A DNA stretch of 25,925 nt from Oligoflexales bacterium (GTDB lineage Bacteria; Bdellovibrionota_B; Oligoflexia; Oligoflexales; RGVZ01). Position 1 is the stretch's first letter. The number at the start of each line of letters is the position of its first letter. The notes beneath the pieces were generated by a model. It made no database searches. It was not told the DNA's origin and saw only the letters and a list, made by a program, of their open reading frames with translations. Position numbers and translations under genes: made by a program. This document shows positions 24,495 to 25,925 of the stretch, in pieces. The stretch spans positions 1 to 25,925 of the forward strand of contig JBIIGV010000032.1 in assembly GCA_044236265.1 (NCBI GenBank). The letters are read 5' to 3'.

Positions 24495-25139
24495 ATGAAT
24501 CGATTCCTACAGCTCCTGTTCTTCTCGCTTATCGTACGCCCCATCATCCTGATCGTGATTGGACTGAATGTGCGACGACAAAGTGAACTTCCGACTACCG
24601 GTCCTGCAATTATTGTCGCCAATCACAACAGCCATCTGGACACAGCCGTATTGATGACTCTTGTGCCATTGAAAACTCTGCACAAAACTCGCCCCGTGGC
24701 CGCGGCTGATTATTTTTTAAAGAATCGTTTGATAGCCTGGTTTTCACAAAGCATTATGGGAATTATCCCACTAACTCGAACCGAAAAAAGCACTCCTCTC
24801 GACGAACGACTCCGCCCGGCGTTGGATGCTCTGCATCGCAACGAAATTCTGATTCTATTTCCAGAGGGCAGCCGTGGCGAGCCAGAGAAACTCAGCAAAT
24901 TCAAATCTGGACTAGCCTTCATTGCAGAAAAATTCCCAAATGTTCCGGTGTATCCAGTCTTTTTGCATGGGCTTGGAAAGTCGTTGCCCAAAGGTGAAGC
25001 CGTATTCGTTCCTTTTTTCTGTGACGTGATGATCGGTGAAAAGGTTTTCTGGAATGGAAGCAAAGAAGCATTCATGGAAACGATCGAAACGACCATGACA
25101 AATCTTGCATCTGAAGGCGAATTTCCCAGTTGGACTTGA
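24495..25139 (+). CDS. 1-acyl-sn-glycerol-3-phosphate acyltransferase (PlsC family)
   Basis: ANHNSHLD (HxxxxD), PVAAADYF, LFPEGSRG, FKSG, VPVYPV. Confidence 0.92.
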   Translation: MNRFLQLLFFSLIVRPIILIVIGLNVRRQSELPTTGPAIIVANHNSHLDTAVLMTLVPLKTLHKTRPVAAADYFLKNRLIAWFSQSIMGIIPLTRTEKSTPLDERLRPALDALHRNEILILFPEGSRGEPEKLSKFKSGLAFIAEKFPNVPVYPVFLHGLGKSLPKGEAVFVPFFCDVMIGEKVFWNGSKEAFMETIETTMTNLASEGEFPSWT

Positions 25140-25166
25140 AATTTTCAATTTAAGGACGAATCGAAA

Positions 25167-25853
25167 ATGAACCAGCAACCCACTAAAGTCGGCGATCGCC
25201 GCCCAATCCCAGCGCGCGAACATCAGCTATCAAAAAAGATCGCAAGCTGGCTGGCAAACATGGGGGCAGGTCCAAATTCAATATCTATCTTCGGTATGAT
25301 TGCGGGAATTGTATCTGGATTATGCTACGCTGCCACCTCTTGGAGCGATGAGCATCACGCGATACTGTTTATAGTAGGTGCAGTTTTCGTATTCCTGAGA
25401 CTACTGGCCAATATGTTTGACGGCATGGTGGCCCTCATTCTAGCCAAACCAAATCCACTGGGAGAGATATTTAACGACGCCCCCGATCGCGTGAGCGACT
25501 GTGCAATTTTGATCGGCTGCGGCTTCAGCATTAATAGCTCACCGACGGCCGGATTTTACGCTGCTCTATTTGCCATGATGACCGCCTATATCCGTGCGAT
25601 TGGTAAATGTTCCGGAGCCCCCCAAAGCTTCCTTGGACCGATGGCAAAACAGCAACGCATGTTCTTGTGTATCGCGGTTTCTATCGCGTGTGCGTTGATC
25701 CCTGGAGCTACGGCTATGATTTACACACAATTCGATGGCTCGCCTGTTGCATATTCAATTATGGGTCCGACGCTTTGGTTTATCGCAGCTGGATCAGCCT
25801 ACACATGCATCCGCAGATTGGCTGCCATATCAGCTGACTTAAAATCTAAATAA
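25167..25853 (+). CDS. CDP-alcohol phosphatidyltransferase family protein (YnbA-like)
   Basis: GPNSIS, variant signature ANMFDGMVA...LGEIFNDAPDRVSD, GPMAKQQR; several TM helices. Confidence 0.87.
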   Translation: MNQQPTKVGDRRPIPAREHQLSKKIASWLANMGAGPNSISIFGMIAGIVSGLCYAATSWSDEHHAILFIVGAVFVFLRLLANMFDGMVALILAKPNPLGEIFNDAPDRVSDCAILIGCGFSINSSPTAGFYAALFAMMTAYIRAIGKCSGAPQSFLGPMAKQQRMFLCIAVSIACALIPGATAMIYTQFDGSPVAYSIMGPTLWFIAAGSAYTCIRRLAAISADLKSK

Positions 25854-25864
25854 TTGTCCGCTCA

Positions 25865-25925
25865 TTATCGCCCCATGAGGTACATGCCCAGAACCATCGT
25901 TACCATTCCAGCGATATTGACCGTC
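25865..25925 (-). CDS. 3' end of a convergent membrane-protein gene (possibly DMT/SMR-like), partial
   Basis: Minus strand reads TVNIAGMVTMVLGMYLMGR followed by TAA TGA, resembling a terminal TM helix; only 19 codons are visible. Confidence 0.4.
   Translation of the reverse strand, partial: TVNIAGMVTMVLGMYLMGR

Noticed and set aside
1..25925. CRISPR arrays, tRNA/rRNA, IS elements, prophage or defence genes
   Set aside because: No regularly spaced repeats, cloverleaf, transposase, integrase or nuclease motifs seen; all intergenic gaps are under 180 bp. A covariance-model scan would be needed to exclude small RNAs.

Overview
A gene-dense bacterial chromosomal window with no visible rRNA, tRNA, CRISPR array, transposase or phage genes. 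Gene content and the pil-TPR-aroQ linkage suggest a deltaproteobacteria-derived lineage such as Bdellovibrionota/Oligoflexia (inference only). Left to right: 5'-truncated degP/htrA and pgeF (+); a minus-strand type IVa pilus operon pilMNOPQ followed by a Cys-rich lipoprotein, a TPR protein and aroQ, with an 8-Cys small protein upstream; a plus-strand run of cystathionine beta-synthase core, stand-alone cNMP-binding protein, oligopeptidase A and a UbiB kinase; a PurD-Maf fusion (-); then FmdB zinc ribbon, transaldolase, a shortened PanE-like reductase, a TonB-dependent receptor and a three-gene phospholipid cassette (+). Most notable: (1) a remodelled pilus machine in which PilQ has a lipobox and about 450 extra N-terminal residues, PilP lacks a lipobox and is about double the usual size, the PilN INLLP motif is altered, and an unknown lipoprotein follows pilQ; (2) a perfect 10-3-10 palindrome and two phased 16-bp boxes upstream of pilM; (3) the PurD-Maf fusion with an RBS-like/GTG signal at the junction; (4) a CBS lacking its regulatory domain, directly followed by a free cNMP-binding protein. 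All family calls are from motifs recognised by eye; no searches were run, so novelty is untested.
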